From contig CBDBCZ010000008.1 of assembly GCA_965203295.1 (NCBI GenBank), positions 143,040-207,039 of the forward strand: a DNA stretch of 64,000 nucleotides, given 5' to 3'. The translations under genes were made by a program, and so were the position numbers. The stretch comes from Nitrospirales bacterium. Its GTDB lineage: Bacteria; Nitrospirota; Nitrospiria; Nitrospirales; UBA8639. Each line of letters begins with the position of its first letter. Within the stretch, counting starts at the first letter, position 1. The notes under the pieces are model-generated. The model worked only from the letters and a program-made list of their open reading frames with translations. It was not told the DNA's origin and searched no databases. Shown one piece after another: positions 27,607 to 64,000 of the stretch.

Positions 27607-27830
27607 ATGGCTCTTCACTGACATATATATCTCTAGCTGACTCCATACTGCATGGCTCCTCTGTAATATCTCTAGCTTACTTCATGCTATATGGCTCCTC
27701 TGAAATATCTCTAGCTTACTTCATGCTATATGGCTCCTCTGAAATATCTCTAGCTTACTTCATGTTTTATGGCTCCTCTGAAATATCTCTAGCTTACTTC
27801 ATGCTTTATGGCTCCTCACTGGCATATCTA
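27607..27830. repeat. 39-bp minisatellite (~5 copies) abutting the satellite
   Basis: atggctcctctgaaatatctctagcttacttcatgctat repeated; produces the 13-aa repeat of ORF 27576-27833. Confidence 0.9.
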
Positions 27831-28539
27831 TAGCTAGCTGGCTCCATATCATACTGCATGGCTTCGAATTCTCACTGCATTTGAGTATAAGAGTCCATGC
27901 ATTTTGTGTTGCTCTAATATGCACATTCAGTGTCAGAAAGGTGTAGCTATTATGCTACAGTATAAAGCTAAGTTGCCTTCTGGATCAGTACTAGTATGTC
28001 AGAAGCCTACACTTATATACACATTTAGCTGCGATGTTTTTAGATATAATCCACAGAGTTGATCGAACCTTGATGCTAATACAGGCTGGGTCCTTGCAAT
28101 TGCGTACTCCCCTTGTAGACTGCAATGACCACTCTATATACACTTAAGGACCTTAATTAATGCTCAAGTTGGATAATATTGATTGAGCTCTGAGGCCATG
28201 CCAGCCAACCATGTGGTGAACCCTTCAACCATATGCTCAGCCTGTCTGTCTGGACCATAGTGCATGCCATGGGGCCTTCCTTAATTCTAAACCACCTTCT
28301 GCAGCAGAAATCCCCCCCCCCCCCACACACACACACACATTAAAGGTCACTCAGTCACAAAAGCATGATTGCGGGGTGTATGCATTAATACAAGAGTCCA
28401 AACGACATCATCATGATGACGGCGTGACAATCATGAGGTAATGAAATTATTATCAAACTCAACAATATAGTCTACAGTATCAATCACTTCCAGTCAAGCA
28501 AATTAAATGGTGATCACTCACTCAATGGGTTACTCCAAC

Positions 28540-64000
<35,461 letters not shown>

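Noticed and set aside
3992..27640. Long ORFs (up to 692 aa) in the satellite as repeat proteins
   Set aside because: The 46-bp monomer lacks stops on the + strand, so all three frames give the same 46-aa cycle; indels and stop-creating variants occur freely, and most starts are GTG/TTG
27576..27833. 85-aa repeat ORF (YGSSEISLAYFML)n
   Set aside because: Product of a 39-bp minisatellite; no other coding evidence

Overview
Eukaryotic (animal) genomic DNA. The intron style, the short-TIR element fauna and a nested cysteine-rich secreted-protein family suggest a demosponge; that is an inference, not verified. There are three blocks. (1) 1-1.7 kb holds the last coding exon of a YwrD-like gamma-glutamyltransferase/glutathione hydrolase (+) and a MITE. 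(2) About 1.74-27.6 kb is an intergenic satellite of roughly 560 copies of a 46-bp monomer. Each monomer is two inverted 23-bp halves around a perfect 22-bp palindrome. The array has nested higher-order repeats up to ~5.3 kb and seven perfect 50-bp fold-back palindromes; its ORFs are by-products of the repeat. (3) 28.5-64 kb is the 3' part of DNA-PKcs (PRKDC, - strand), traced by eye as ~65 phase-consistent exons, with the 5' part beyond the window. Its introns carry many MITEs, hairpin elements, a perfect 133-bp palindrome, a tRNA-Thr-like sequence and duplications that span splice sites. One 5.2-kb intron hosts a cluster of intronless secreted-protein genes: one intact and one frameshifted copy antisense to PRKDC, plus an inverted relic interrupted by an IS3EU-like element. 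No prokaryotic system or CRISPR array is present.
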